A stretch of DNA of 64,000 nucleotides. Origin: Octopus vulgaris (taxonomy: Eukaryota). How positions within the stretch are numbered: position 1 is the first letter of the stretch; each line of letters starts with the position of its first letter. Where the stretch lies: NCBI GenBank assembly GCA_951406725.2, contig OX597814.1:77500001-77564000 (forward strand), given 5' to 3'. The notes beneath the pieces were generated by a model. The model did not search any database. It had not been told where the DNA came from and saw nothing but the letters and a program-made list of their open reading frames with translations. Shown here piece by piece: positions 12,730 to 25,941 of the stretch. The position numbers and the translations under genes were made by a program.

Positions 12730-14289
12730 CAGTTGCGGCCAAAATGTTCAGAACGACATTGTTTTCGTCAGAAAAGTAGGTATAAGTTTTTATCAAAGTT
12801 GTTTTATTTTCTATAATTTTCACAGACAATAAATACGATATTATTTGTTATTGTCTAAGATTTTGGTGTAATTTGAGAGGATAATACAAAAGTTATGGAT
12901 GATTTAGTGATTTACTGCAAAATCCATGGCGGCCAAAATGATCAGAACGGTTGCTTTTACTCTGTGTTTTAGTATATTTAACCAGCGAACTCTAATATTT
13001 TGAATTTGTTTACCTGACGGTTCGTTTACTAAACATTAGTAAGAATATCTGCAGTGTATTTTGTTAATATAATGCCACTTACTCCGGTACCAATTCGTCA
13101 GCAGATTATTAAGCTTCGAAAGAAACTTTAAGTATTGGGTCTATTGCAAAGATTGTTAACAAGTCAAAAAGTGTTGTTCATGGTATTCTTAAGGTCTATG
13201 ATGATTGTGGTTCGTGTGAAGCAAGAAAGTCTACAGGTAGGCCAAGAAAAATGACCAAGAGAGAAGATCGTGCTATGGTAAAGTTGGTTAAAAAGGACAG
13301 GTTTAAAACTGCTGCTGCTGTTTCTCGGGAAATGAGCATTGTACTGAAGAAAACTTTATCTCGAAAAACTGTGTCTCGTCGTTTAGTTGAACATGACCTA
13401 CAAGCAAGAGCACCTGCAGTGAAGCCACTGATCAGCTCCAAGAATAAAAAGTGTCGTCTTACCTTTGCAACCGAACATGTGTTGTGGTCTCGAGAAAAAT
13501 GGCAAACGGTGCATTTCCATGATGAATCTAAGTTTATGTTATTTGGTTCAGATGGGAAAAGTAGGTGAAAAATTGTCGCCTAAATGCCTTAAGACTAGTG
13601 TTAAATTCAGTGGAGGAAGTGTCATGGTTTGGGGGATGATATCTGGAGATGGTGTGGGCCCTTTGGTGCGATTACATGGAAAGGTAAATGCAGGAGTTTA
13701 TAAACAACTTGTAAAAGATCATGTCTTGCCTGTGCTGAGAAATTCAACTAAGCGACCACCCATATTCATGCAGGACAATGCTCCATGTCACAAGGCTAAG
13801 GTGGTCATGAACTTCCTCAAGGCTGAAAAGGTTATTGTTATGGATTGGCCTGCTCAAAGCCCAGATCTTAATCCTATTGAAAATGTGTGGAATATTCTAA
13901 ACCGAGCAATTATGGAATGCCCTTCAGGAAGAATAGAATAAGATCACCCAGCAAGAAATTGAAAATTTAATTTCCTCATGCAGTCAAAGATGCCAAAGTG
14001 TGATTGAAGCTAAAGGGCTTCACACTAAATATTAAATAATTCCAGTATTCTCTGTCGTTTTTGAGTATTTTGTTATTTTTTCAACCATTCTGATCATTTT
14101 GGCCGCCATGGGTTTTGCAGTAAATCACTAAATCATCCATAACGTTTGTATTATCCTCTCAAATTACACCAAAATCTCAGACAATAATAATTAATATCGT
14201 ATTTATTGTCTGATAAACAACTTTGATAAAAACTTATACCTACTTTTCTGACGAAAACAATGCCGTTCTGAACATTTTGGCCACAACTG
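12730..14289 (+). mobile_element. Tc1 (DD34E) DNA transposon, full length, with ~210-bp IR/DR-type TIRs and TA TSD
   Basis: TA|cagttgcggccaaaatgttcagaac ... gttctgaacattttggccacaactg|TA; inner repeat gcggccaaaatgatcagaac at ~12929, mirrored on the right. Confidence 0.93.
13072..14035 (+). pseudogene. Tc1 transposase with frameshifts and deletions
   Basis: GRPRK, FHDESKF, VMVWG, QDNAPCH-(34 aa)-E in WPAQSPDLNPIENVW; split over at least three frames. Confidence 0.9.
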
Positions 14290-14298
14290 TATATATAT

Positions 14299-15670
14299 CA
14301 TCATCATCATCATCATCGTTTAACGTCCGTTCTCCATGCTAGCATGGGTTGGACGGTTCGACCGGGGATCTGGGAAGCCAGAAGGCTGCACCAGGCTCCA
14401 GTCTTATCTGGCAGTGTTTCTACAGCTGGATGCCCTTCCTAACGCCAACCACTCCGTGAGTGTAGTGGGTGCTTTTTACGTGCCACCTGCACAGGTGCCA
14501 GGCGAAGCTGGCAACGGCCACGGTCGGATTGGTGTATTTTATGTGCCACCGGCACGGAAACCAGACGAGGCGGTGCTGGCATCGGCCACGAGTCGGATGG
14601 TGCTTTTTACGTACCACCAGACCAGGGATCCTGGCTGGTTCAATTCGATTTCGATTTCGCTTGCCCCAACATGTCTTCGCAAGCAAGGGGGTTGGCATGG
14701 GTGCCTGTTGTACGGTCAGATTGGTGTATTTTACGTGCCACCGGCACGGAAGCCAGTGGAGGCGGCGCTGGCATCGGCCACAAGTCGGATAGTGCTTTTT
14801 ATGTACCACCAGACCAGGGAACCTGGCTGGTTCAATTCGATTTCGCTTGCCCCAACATGTCTTCGCAAGCAAGGGGGTTGGCATGGGTGCCTGTCGTACG
14901 GTCAGATTGGTGTATTTTATGTGCCACTGGCACAGAAGCCAGTGGAGGCGGCGCTGGCATCGGCCACGAGTCGGATAGTGCTTTTTACGTACCACCAGAC
15001 CAGGGATCCTGGCTGGTTCAATTCGATTTTGACTTCGATTTCGATTTCGCTTGCCCCAACATGTCTTCGCAAGCAAAGGGGGGTTGGCATGGGTGCCTGT
15101 CGTCGGATGAGGTTCTATATTGACTTCGCTTGCCCCAACAGGTCTTTGTGTCCAAGGGAGGAAAGGCATTCATAAGTGGGCTGGGCTCACTTGTCCTGCC
15201 TGGTCTTCTCACGTACAGAATATTTCCAAAGGTCTCGGTCGCTGGTCATTTCCTCAGTGAGGCCTAAAGTTCGAAGGTCGTGCTTCACCACCTCGTCCCA
15301 GGTTTTCCTGGGTCTACCTCTTCCACGGGTTCCCTCAACTGCTAAGGATTGGCACTTTCTCACACACCTATCTTCATCCATTCTCGCCACATGACCATAC
15401 CAGCGCAATCGTCTCTCTTGCACACCACAACTGATGCCTCTTAGGTACAACATTTCTCTCAAGGTGCTAACGCTCTGTCGAGTATGTACACTGACATTAC
15501 ACATCCATCGGAGCATACTGGCTTCATTCCTCACGAGCTTACGCATGTCCTCGGCAGTCACGGCCCATGTTTCACTGCCATGTAGCATGGCTGTTCGTAC
15601 ACACGCATCATACAGTCTGCCTTTTACTCTGAGCGAGAGGCCTTTAGTCACCAGCAGAGGTAAGAGCTCC
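14299..15670 (-). mobile_element. RTE LINE 3' part with ~190-bp triplicated UTR unit
   Basis: ORF ...KGRLYDACVRTAMLHGSETW...LRWYGHVARM...GRGRPRKTW; UTR units start at 14521, 14713 and 14899. Confidence 0.9.
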
Positions 15671-15882
15671 ATAATATATATATATATATATATATACATA
15701 TATGTATATGTATATATATATATATGTATATATAGATATGAATGATACAAATAGCTGACATCACTAATAACAGATCAATATTTGACTTGACTGTATCCTT
15801 ACATGTTATATGGCTCCAAGCCATTACAAACAAGCCTGTTATTACACAGATGATCTAACAAGGACTATATATATATATATAT

Positions 15883-17500
15883 CATCATCATCATCATCAT
15901 TTAACGTCCGTTTTCCATGCTAGCATGGGTTGGACAGTTTTGACTGAGGGCTGGCAACCAGATGGCTGCATCAGGCTCCAGTCTTGATCGGGCAGAGTTT
16001 CTACAGCTGGATACCCTTCCTAATGCCAACCACTCCGAGAGTGTAGTGAGTGCTTTTTATGTGCCACCTGCACGGGGGCCAGTCAGGCGGTACTGACAAT
16101 GACCTCGCTCGAATCTTTTTACATGTGCCACCGGCACAGGTGCCAGTGAAGTGACGTTGGTAACGATCGTGTTTGGATGGTGTTCTTGGCACCCTACTAG
16201 CACAGGCATAAGTGCCAGTAAGGCAATGCTGGTAATGATCATACTCGAATAGCCGCTCTTTCAACGATCACACTCATATGGTGCTCTTTGCACCCCGCTA
16301 GCACAGATGCCAGTCATCGAAGTGATTTTAATTTTGATTTGATTTCACTTACCTCAACAGGTCTTCGCAAGCAAAGTTTAGTGACCAAAGAAGGAAAAGC
16401 TACGCATAAGTGGGCTGGTTATGCTCCTGGCATAGGCCATGGGTTATGGTTTCATCTGGCTTGCCTGGTCTTCTCGAGCACAGCATATTTCCAAAGGTCT
16501 CGGTCACTAGTCATTTCCTTGGTGAGGCCTAATGTACGAAGGTCGTGCTTCACCACTTCATCCCAGGTCTTCCTGGGTCTACCTCTTCCACAGGTTCCCT
16601 CAACCACTAGGGTGTGGCACTTTTTCACACCACTATCCTCATCCATTCTCACCACATGACCATACCAGTGCAGTCATCTCTCTTGCACACCACATCTAAT
16701 GCTTCTTAAATCCAACTTTTCTCTCAAGGTACTTGCACTCTGTTGTGTATGCACACTGACATTACACATCCATCGGATCATACTGGCTTCGTTCCTTGTG
16801 AGCTTACGCATATCCTCAGCAGTCACAGCCCATGTTTCACTGCCATGTAGCATGGCTGTTCGTACACATGCATCATACAGTCTACCTTTTACTCTGAGCG
16901 AGAGGCCCTTTGTTACCAGCAGAGGTAAGAGCTCTCTGAACTTTGCCCAAGCTATTCTTATCCTAGCAGCTACACTTTCAGTGCACCCTCCTCCCCTACT
17001 GATTTGGTCACCTACATAACAGAATCTATCAACTACTACTAGTTTTTCTCTCTGGAATGTGGCGGAAGTTGGTCTCTGTGCATTTTCAGTGTTTATTGCT
17101 CCTGAGCATCTGCCACATACAAAAACTATCTTCCAAGTTAGCCTTCCTTTGATATTACTGCACCTCTTATGTGTCCATAGCTTACACTGGGTACATCTTA
17201 TAGAGTTTCTACCTACGTCTTTTCTACAGATCAAGCAGGGCCATCTACCTGAAGGGATTTTTGGTTTGCCTGCCTTCCTACTTATTAGGACTTTGGTTTT
17301 AGCTAAGTTGATTCTAAGGCCCTTCAATTCTAATCCTTGTTTCCACACTTGAAACTTCTCCTATAGTTCTGATAGCGACTCAGCGATTAGAGCAAGGTCA
17401 TCAGCATAGAGAGCTCCCAAGGGCATCCTGTCTTGAATTCCTCCGTTATTGCCTGGAGGACTATGATAAATAGGAGGGGGCTGAGGACTGAAACCCGGTG
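15883..17500 (-). mobile_element. RTE LINE, RT C-terminal half to 3' end
   Basis: SVLSPLLFIIV, YADDL region, PHD-like CxxC...CxxC insert, RIAWAKFREL, (ATG)n tail. Confidence 0.9.
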
Positions 17501-18729
17501 GACATATACACACACATAAAGATGTGTGTGTTTGTGTGTGTGCCTATAGACAAACTCATACACACACAAATGTATTGAGAGAAAAACTGGGTATCAGGGG
17601 AATCAGATGTGCAGGAAAGAAGACTTCATTGATATGGGCATGTGGATAAGAGGAGTTGTTTAAACAAGTGGTGATCATTTAATGTGGATGGAAACTGTAG
17701 AAAAGAGAGAGAAACCCATGAAGACATGGAATAAAGTAGTGAAGTTGATCTCAGGAGATTGACCTTTGTGAAGAAGATAACAAAACTGTTTCATCATAGC
17801 AAAACTGAGGTTTTGAGAATACATATTATATGTACACAATTGGGTCCTTTGCTTAATATCTCCTTGTCAAACCTTCACTTGTGATCCCACCTCATCATCA
17901 CCCTTTTGCTAATCTTGCCATCGCTCATATTTGCTAATCTTGCCAGCACTGCACATTTTGAAATGTCTTAACTAAAGAAGACAAGAGATGAAAGATGAAT
18001 TCTTTTTTCACCTTTGCATAATAAACTAAAACATGTTATTAATAGCATTCAAAATATCAATATTAGCTCAATGTGGATATACTGTAGAAAGTCATAAAAC
18101 CACAATATTCTTGACAAAAAATTCTCCTATCAACGTACAGTGATAAAAAGAACAGATGTGCATCTGTAACAGATAAGAAGTGTCCAGCAGCAGTAGTGCA
18201 ACTGCTAAATATGAATTTGTGTTTTTGTATGTGATTACTACAAATATCCACAATCAACCACATGCTTAGACAAATTTCAGCTTTACAGATATATAAAAAA
18301 ATTGTTGGTATCACTAATAACAGATCAATATTTGACCTGACTGCATCATTATAAGTTATACAACCCCAAGTCATTACAAATTAGCCTGTCATTACTTTGT
18401 TTATACAGACAATCTAACAAGAATTTAGAATTGTTTCTTCTACTGGACCTAAGTAAAAAAATTCCAGTAAAATTCACTTCTAAGTATAACATAAAATCAG
18501 TCAGTCAGTCAGTCTATCTATATCTACACACACACACACACACACACTCATACACTACACAATAAACTGGCTTAAGGTGCCCAGACAAGTCTCTTGTTTT
18601 GCATAATACTTTAAATATTTGCGGCATCTTAACATTTGAAAACACATTACATCATATTAATATTATAAGAAAATATGGTCTGGACTCTGTGAGTGTGTGT
18701 GTGTGTATGTATATATGCATATATGTACA

Positions 18730-18956
18730 AGGCGAGCTGGTAGAAACGTTAGCACGCCAGGCGAAATTCGTAGCCGTAGTTCGTCTGTCGTTAGGTTCCG
18801 AGTTCAAATTCCGCTGAGGTCGACTTTGCCTTTCATCCTTTCGGGGTCGATAAATTAAGTACCAGTTACGCACTGGGGTCGATGTAGTCGACTTAATCCC
18901 TTTGTCTGTCCTTGTTTGTCCCCTCTATGTTTAGCCCCTTGTGGGTAGTAAAGAAA
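18730..18956 (+). mobile_element. tRNA-derived SINE with Nin domain and Tx1-like tail
   Basis: B box gagttcaaattcc; gcctttcatcctttcggggtcgataaa...agtaccag Nin-like domain; tail agccccttgtgggtagtaaagaaa. Confidence 0.7.
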
Positions 18957-18972
18957 AATATATATATATATA

Positions 18973-19423
18973 TATCCATTTCTATTAATATAGAATCATA
19001 GTTAGTTAGTAAATAGTAATTTATTTTATTAATGAGGTAAATTAAATAATAACATTCTGACCATTCCTAAATTTTCAAATCTTAATATTTTGTAACCAAA
19101 TAAGGAATTAATATACCATACTAACTTTTATTTAACCTGCATGGATTATTAAGAAATTTTATAATATAAATAAATTTGAATAAAGTGAAATTAGAATTTT
19201 TTGATACTCTCCTATATGGGATTGCAAAAATTCTATATATCTAGGAAAATTATTTGGTTCATCTTGATTACCTCCCTTCCATTACTTTTTAATATATCTT
19301 ATAGACTTCTGATATATGTGCTAAATTGATAAGGTTCTTTTTTTACAGTAAGTAAATATTATGTCTAGCATATTCTTTTAATTTAACTCATTAATAAAAT
19401 AAATCACTATTTACTAACTAACC
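18973..19423. mobile_element. Non-coding fragment of the same PLE family as 2910-3560, with a short inverted end
   Basis: aacattctgacc...ggttcatcttgattacctcc shared with 2918-3145; left ~70 bp is largely an inverted copy of the right end. Confidence 0.6.
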
Positions 19424-19424
19424 A

Positions 19425-20645
19425 CTGTGTCTGTTTTGGCAGGGTTTTTATAGCTGGATGCCCTTCGTAACACCAACCACTCTGCACAGTAGGCTCAGTA
19501 CTTTTTACGTGGCACTAGCACAGGCAAGGTTAGTTTTGGCATGACTTTTACAGCTTCCAAAAGCCAACCATATTACAGTGTGGACTGGATGCTTTTTATG
19601 TGGCACTAGCACTGGCAGGGTCACCAAGTATCTCGCAAAACAAGGAATTATGAGAGGGGCAAGGGCATTTGAGGAGAGGAACTTGTGTCAGAGGATGAAC
19701 GGTTAGAGCATGACTAAGAGACATTGAGGCAGAAACAGGTGTCTTGCTATAATGCAGGGGGCATTGGAGGAGGTGATCCAGTATCAGATGATGACAGAGG
19801 AATAGGAGGTAGAAATAGGTGTCTTGCTATAGAAGAGGTACATGGTTACCCAATGAGAGAGAGAGAGAGCTGTTTAGAAGATATGTTATTTGCTTTCTTG
19901 GGGTAGAGTGTGTGAAAAGTTTGTTGTTACATGTGAGTGGGACACAACTCTTCTAGCACTTAGTTTCACTGATGTGGGCAGGTCTTCTCATATTGCCAAA
20001 CATCTTGGTCCATTGTCATTTCCTCCATGAGTCCCAACATCCTGAGACTAGTCCCCACCACTTCATCCCATGTCTTTCTAGGTTTCCCCTCTTCCACAGG
20101 TACCATTCACTTTCAGTGACAGGCACTTTTTTAGACATCTGTCTTCACACATTCACGTCACATGTCCAAACCAATGCATTCTCCTCTCCTGCATGCCACA
20201 TTTAATCCCTCTCATGCCTAACTTTTCTCTCAACATAGTTGTACTTTATTGGTCATGCACACTGATGTTGCAAATCCAACAGAGCAAACTACCTTCACTC
20301 CTCTATGCATGTCCTCTGCAGTCATAACCCATGTCTCACTACAATGTAATATAGCCATTCTCACAATCTGCCTTTCACTCTGAGAGAGAGTCCTCTTGCA
20401 GCCAACAGAGGTAGTAGCTCTCTGAACTTTCTTCATCCTATTCTTATTCTAGAAACAATACTTTCAGAGCATCCACCACCTTTACTAATTTGGTCACCTA
20501 AATAGCAGTAAGTATCTACTACCCCAAGAGAGCCCCCTGTGCAATTGAGAGAGTTTAAGTCCCTTGTACTTTTAGTACTTATTGTTCCAGTGCACTTGTT
20601 ACACATGAAAGCAACCTTATCTGTTGACCTACCTATGATTCCACT
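19425..20645 (-). mobile_element. Old, degenerate RTE copy or copies
   Basis: UTR motif gctggatgcccttc; AILHCSETWVMTAEDM remnant. Confidence 0.6.
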
Positions 20646-20750
20646 TATATATAATTAAATTAGGCAGTGGTTTAGCAATGTATCACCAAAAAGGAAAAGT
20701 ATAATTGTCATTAAATATGACAGAGGGTGTTAAAATATCTACAGTGTTGT

Positions 20751-20791
<41 letters not shown>

Positions 20792-20797
20792 ATATAT

Positions 20798-21265
20798 ACT
20801 AGCATTAAAGACCCGTCATTGCCGGGTCATAGTGCTAGTGTATATATATGTGTACATATTACATGTACATCTATATATATATACATCTACACATAAAATA
20901 CAAAATACAAAGTTATATCTTGATATTGCTAGTGATAACAATACTGAAAATATATAACAGACTGGAATTGTTAGCCCGTCTCTTGTAATTTCGATCAATT
21001 GTATCTTGTCCTCCCTCTTGTATAGAAGTGTGGCTACAATCCAGCCTACCTCTACTTCGGGGAAAATGAATTTTTTTCCGGGATGTCCTATGTCCCAGAT
21101 ATAAAAGTAAAAATAAAACATTTCCACTTTGCAAGTTCGAGTCGAGTACTCCCTTGCATGCTCCGTTGACTCGAACCTTGCTTCTATTGTGGTGAATTTA
21201 CCGCCTCTGAATAGATACCTTTCATAGTCGCACCAAGAGACTTTTCAAAGGTGCTTTCCTCTATG
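20798..21265 (-). mobile_element. Probable non-autonomous Helitron 3' part, possibly continuing at ~22960-23500
   Basis: Minus strand ends in hairpin gacccggcaatgacgggtc followed by tttaatgCTAG|T. Confidence 0.4.
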
Positions 21266-22950
21266 TTATTTCTTTATTACCCACCAGGGGCTACGAAGAA
21301 TGGCGGACATAACAAAACATGGGGGACATAGAACAATATGATTAAATTTATGAGCAAATGAATATAAATGATAATATGAAAGCGATGCTAACGGCCCCCT
21401 CCGCCAGCATCACTTACCTGTCCTTTTGTTTTCACTGTCACCTGAATGTTCATTCCCAATACGAAGACCATCCATATCCATTCTTACTCCGAAACTGTCC
21501 TCCATATATTCCACAAATTCATCGCTCATTCTTGTATCTTTCACCTCCCAATTCTCCCTTTCACACCTCAACACAAACTCATCTATATTCTTCTTTTCCA
21601 GCACTGCATATCTGGTCCCATCCATTTCATACCATTCATACTCCTCCATTACCCTTTCAACCTCTTTCTGTTCAGTCACAATATAAATGTTCGGCCTGGG
21701 TTCGTTTTCAAACTCTTGTCTGTCTGTATTATTATTTTTCTTTTGTTTTCTTGTTGGAGGGGAGCGGGTGGGTTCACTGTCTGCAGGGGAAGGGTGGGAT
21801 TCAGAGGGTGCGGGTGGTGTTAGGGTGGGTTGGGGCTTCGCACAGTTTTTCTTTTTCTCTTTTTTCTTCCTTCTTCCCACTCTTGTTGCATCTCCTCTTC
21901 TTCTGTCGTTTCTTTTTCCGTTTGGTTCTCTCTGGTTTCTTCCTCTTTTGGGGCTTCCGCGACGATTTCCTTTTCTTTTTCCTTTGGTGGGGGAGGGCAG
22001 TAGGCTCTTATGTGACCCCTCAGGCCACACTTGTAGCACCTGGGCGCCCTACCCTCCACCCACACTCTCATAATAATATTTCCAGTTTTTATACTGTCCG
22101 TAAGCTTTTCTATAACTTCCGCCTCCATCTGTATGTTCATTACTAGTGTGGCACCTCTCACGCCTTCATATTTCATAATGGCGTGGAGGATGTCCACTTT
22201 ATCTTCATTTCCTTTGATAACCGCAGCCGTTATTAATTCGCCCTCTAAGTGTGGAGGTATTCCTTCCACCCTAATTCTGGTGGTCCTTCTATTCAAATAC
22301 GAGGGGAACAAGTAAAACTTTTCTGTACTCACCACCTTGGCTGCTATATTCCTGGCTGCTTTCTCACTTTTAAATTGTACCGTTATGGTTCCATATTCTA
22401 ATCCTTTTGTCATGTACACAATTTCTTCTCCTGTCTGTTTGAAAGCCTCTTCAATTGCTTCCATGTTAATCACTTCCATTTTTCTACCTCCATTCATAAA
22501 TACTTTATATTTAATGGTTCTACGATGGAACCAGTCTCCGCGCCCTGCTAGAGGCAACAGCTCAACCTCTCCGTTCTCCTCCTCCTTCATGAACTCCTGG
22601 AAGTCCGTCAACTTAGCCAGGTCTATCTCTTTTTCTGTTGACTTCTTCATTATACCTGCGTAGGTGCTTTCCATTTTTTTCACCGCCAACTCCTCCTCAG
22701 ATGTCGACGAATTTTCAGAGAAATTTCTCCCTTCCATCTCATCCGTTTGGTAGAGGCGGCTCATAGTCGCCTCAGACCGAAAAACGGCCTCCCGAACAGA
22801 AAACGTGCGACGCACAGAACCAGTGCGACGCGAAACCGCACCAACCGACGTTCCAATTCCGCAACGACCACAATTCACTTTTTGTTCTTTTTTCCTTTTT
22901 AACCGAATTTCACAGAGCGCAAAAAAACGCGGCCCATTCAAATCTTCTTT
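21266..22950 (-). mobile_element. ORF1-only (HAL1-like) non-autonomous Tx1/L1-type retroelement
   Basis: ORF1 homologous to that of the Tx1-like LINE at 41282, followed within ~140 bp by the LINE-type tail agcccctggtgggtaataaagaaa; no ORF2 residue seen. Confidence 0.7.
21410..22764 (-). CDS. Gag-like ORF1 with CCHC zinc knuckle; one frameshift in an A-rich run at ~21850
   Basis: TIKYKVF...YMTKGLEYGTITVQFKSE...RVWVEGRAPRCYKCGLRGHIRAYC; continues in the 21410-22039 frame. Confidence 0.75.
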
Positions 22951-23504
22951 TTTCTCTACATTGTATACTTTATAGACAATAGACTTTTCTTTAATTTAAT
23001 TTTTTATTATCCATCTGGACTATTCCATTTCTGCACTTAAATTTTATTTTTAATTTATTCCCATTCATGTGAAACCACTTATTCAAGTTCAAGTCATTGA
23101 TGCAATTTTATACCAATTGCTATTTTTACATTTGTTATGTTACGATTATATTATACTTTAGTTTGATTTTAATTATTACTTACTACATATAATTCAATTG
23201 TTATTATTATTTTTATTGTTAAAGTGAAAGTATCTGACATAAAATAGAGAAACATTTTTGTTTCACTTTTAACACGTAATACTGAAATAGTGGAGAAGAT
23301 ATGATATTGCTATGGGCTCGCTCTAGACAGGAAGTTGAACATTTTTTTTTGCCCATGAAACTACATGGACCCTAAGTAAGGCATGTTTAAAATTTGAATG
23401 GAATTGGTTGTGTAGTTCTCAAGTTTTAGGGAATCGTAGTGGAGAAGATATGATATTGCTGTGGCAAAAAGTTTGCCCTAGGCAAAAAGTTCAAAACTTT
23501 TTTG

Positions 23505-24080
23505 GGATACCTGTACAAAATTGGAAAAGTCAAGAAAACGGATAGGTTTGTTCCACATCAACTGAATGAGATTTAAAAAAAAAAAATACCATTTTGCATC
23601 AAATTATTACTTGTAATGAGAAATAGATACTCTTTGACAACAGCAGGAGAACAGGACAGTGATTAGATGCAGGAGAGTCACCTAAACACTACCCAAACCT
23701 ACCATTGCACCCTAAAAAGTTAGTGATCACTGTATCGTGGTCTGTGGAGGGAGTTAGTCATTATTCATTTTTGATACAAGGAAAAACAGTAACAGTAACA
23801 TTGTATTGCCAGGAAATTGATTGTATTCATGAGAATTTGAAAAAGAAGAAACCCAGAATAGTGAATAGAGATGGCCCAATTTTTCTCCATGACAATGCAC
23901 ATTCTCACACTCCTCAAGCTATGATCCAAAAGTTGCAAAGCCTGAATTATGAGTTTTGCAACATCCTCCCTATTCCCCTAATATCTCTCCTACTGATCAT
24001 TACTTATTTTAGCATTTTGAGCTTTTCATAAACAATAAAACATTCTTAAATAGAGATAGAAGTAATTGAAGCATTCAGAC
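23505..24080 (+). pseudogene. mariner transposase remnant
   Basis: FVPHQLNE, IITCNEK, LHPKKL...W, GPIFLHDNAHSH motifs with stops and frameshifts. Confidence 0.8.
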
Positions 24081-24087
24081 ATATATA

Positions 24088-24169
<82 letters not shown>

Positions 24170-24520
24170 ACAAAAGTGACAGAGTGTACAGTTATTGCTA
24201 GAGACAAGAGTTAAAATAACTGAAAAGCCACAAAGGTCTGTACGGAATGACTGACAAAGGAAGGTAAGTCCCCACCATATATAGCTGGATTGAACGATTT
24301 CGGATTGTGATACATAGCAATAATAACTGGTGCTGGTCAGTACCCTCCGTCACTTTTGTGACCTCTATTAATTTTGCCTTCAGGTTCAAATTGCTAATAA
24401 GCCCCCATTTGATTTGTTATATATATATATATAAGTATAAGGGTGAAAAGGAACACACGAGTTGATATATATGAAAAAACAAGTCAAAATAGAAAATGCT
24501 AAAATAATTTTATAGTGAAC

Positions 24521-24566
24521 ATTTCAGTACTGGTTTCAGTCATTTTGAGACCTTTTCAACTGTAAC
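24521..24566 (-). ncRNA. Minimal HHR, U3-A8 variant (CpG-decayed copy of 29444-29489)
   Basis: CAG-TTGAAAA-GGTC...GACT-GAAA-CCAG-TA-CTG; two substitutions relative to the other arm, both at CpG. Confidence 0.55.
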
Positions 24567-25941
24567 TATTAAATAATTAAATTTAGAAAAATTAGAAGAA
24601 AAGTTTTTTTAAAGGAATATTTCTATAGTAGTGTTCAGATATAAGTGGCATTCTGCCTTTCTCTGACTCCCTTGTTTGCACTTGTGTGTTGGAGGTTGTT
24701 GTGAATTCTTGATAGGGTAGAAGAAGAAGAAGGCTGATGAGGAGAGGGGGTGGGAAAATCTGGGAGTGCCCTGATGGTCGTATTTTGAATGGTCAGTGGC
24801 GGCTAGCAGTTCAATTCAGGAGAATATTTCTATTGAAAGGCTTGTTTATGGAATTTGCATAGGTGTTATACTAAAAAGCATTAGTGACAAAGTTAAGAGG
24901 TAGAAGGTGGAGAAGTAGAAGAAGAAGAATAAGAAGGAGAAGGAGAAGATGATGATGATGATGATGATGATGGTGGTGATGATGATGATGACGACGATGA
25001 TGATGATAATGATGATGATGAAGAAGAAGAGGAAGAAGAAGAAAAAAACAGAGAAGGGAGAATATGAATGGGTGAAAGTAGTGAGGTGTTGTATGACTTG
25101 AAGTTGGCATGTTATGGATTTAGTAATGGATTCTTTGGAATGTAATATTTGTGTGTGTATATTTCTTTTATTCTAAAGTTGAGGTATATTAATTGTTTGT
25201 CGTAGACCCGTTAAGAAGTGGCCTGTATTTTGTAATAAAGAGAGTTTCTTTACTTATTCATTGTCTCGAGGTTGTATCGTCCCTAAATTGGTAGAGGGGG
25301 AAAATCCTGAAGCTTGGTGTTTTTCTGTTGGCGCAAGTATCTATGTGTTGGCTAAAAGCTATTTTTCTGTTTTGGGGAATTTTTATCTGGGATCTGTGCA
25401 GGGCCATTCGTTTACGCAAACTATTTTTTGTTTGCTCTTGACACCCGGAGCAGGTTAGTGAGTATATTAGGTTCTCTGAAGCACATGTGAAGTTGCTTTT
25501 CACTGTAAACCGTTGTCCCTGTTTGAAGGAGAACTCTGATCCCTCAATTAGATAGTCGCATATCCCGCAATTGGGTCTTCCACATTTTTTACTGTCGGCT
25601 TCTGTGTTGAAGAGTGAATTCGGGCTTGTGTTAGGAGACTTTTCATGGATTTAGGCTGTCTATTGCTTTTTATGATCGTGTGTGTTTGGAGGATTGTGTT
25701 CATTCTGTGGTCTTTTTTTAGGAGGGGTATGTTGTGGAGGATGGTGCCGAAGGCTTCGTTATTGGGAGGGTTGTGTGTGGAGATGTATGGTAAGGCTTTT
25801 GGTTGTAAGTTTTTCTTTGATTTGGGATGTCTCAGTTCCTTGATGTTAAGTTGAAAGGCACGTTGAATGCACTTGTCAATAAGTGAAGGTGGATAGTTCC
25901 TGGTGATAAGGGTATCTTTTAGTTCTTGTAGTCGTGTGTCT

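Noticed and set aside
21130-21182. Hairpin gcaagttcgagtc...gactcgaaccttgc as an snRNA or SECIS
   Set aside because: No diagnostic motifs recognised; it lies within a probable Helitron-like repeat.
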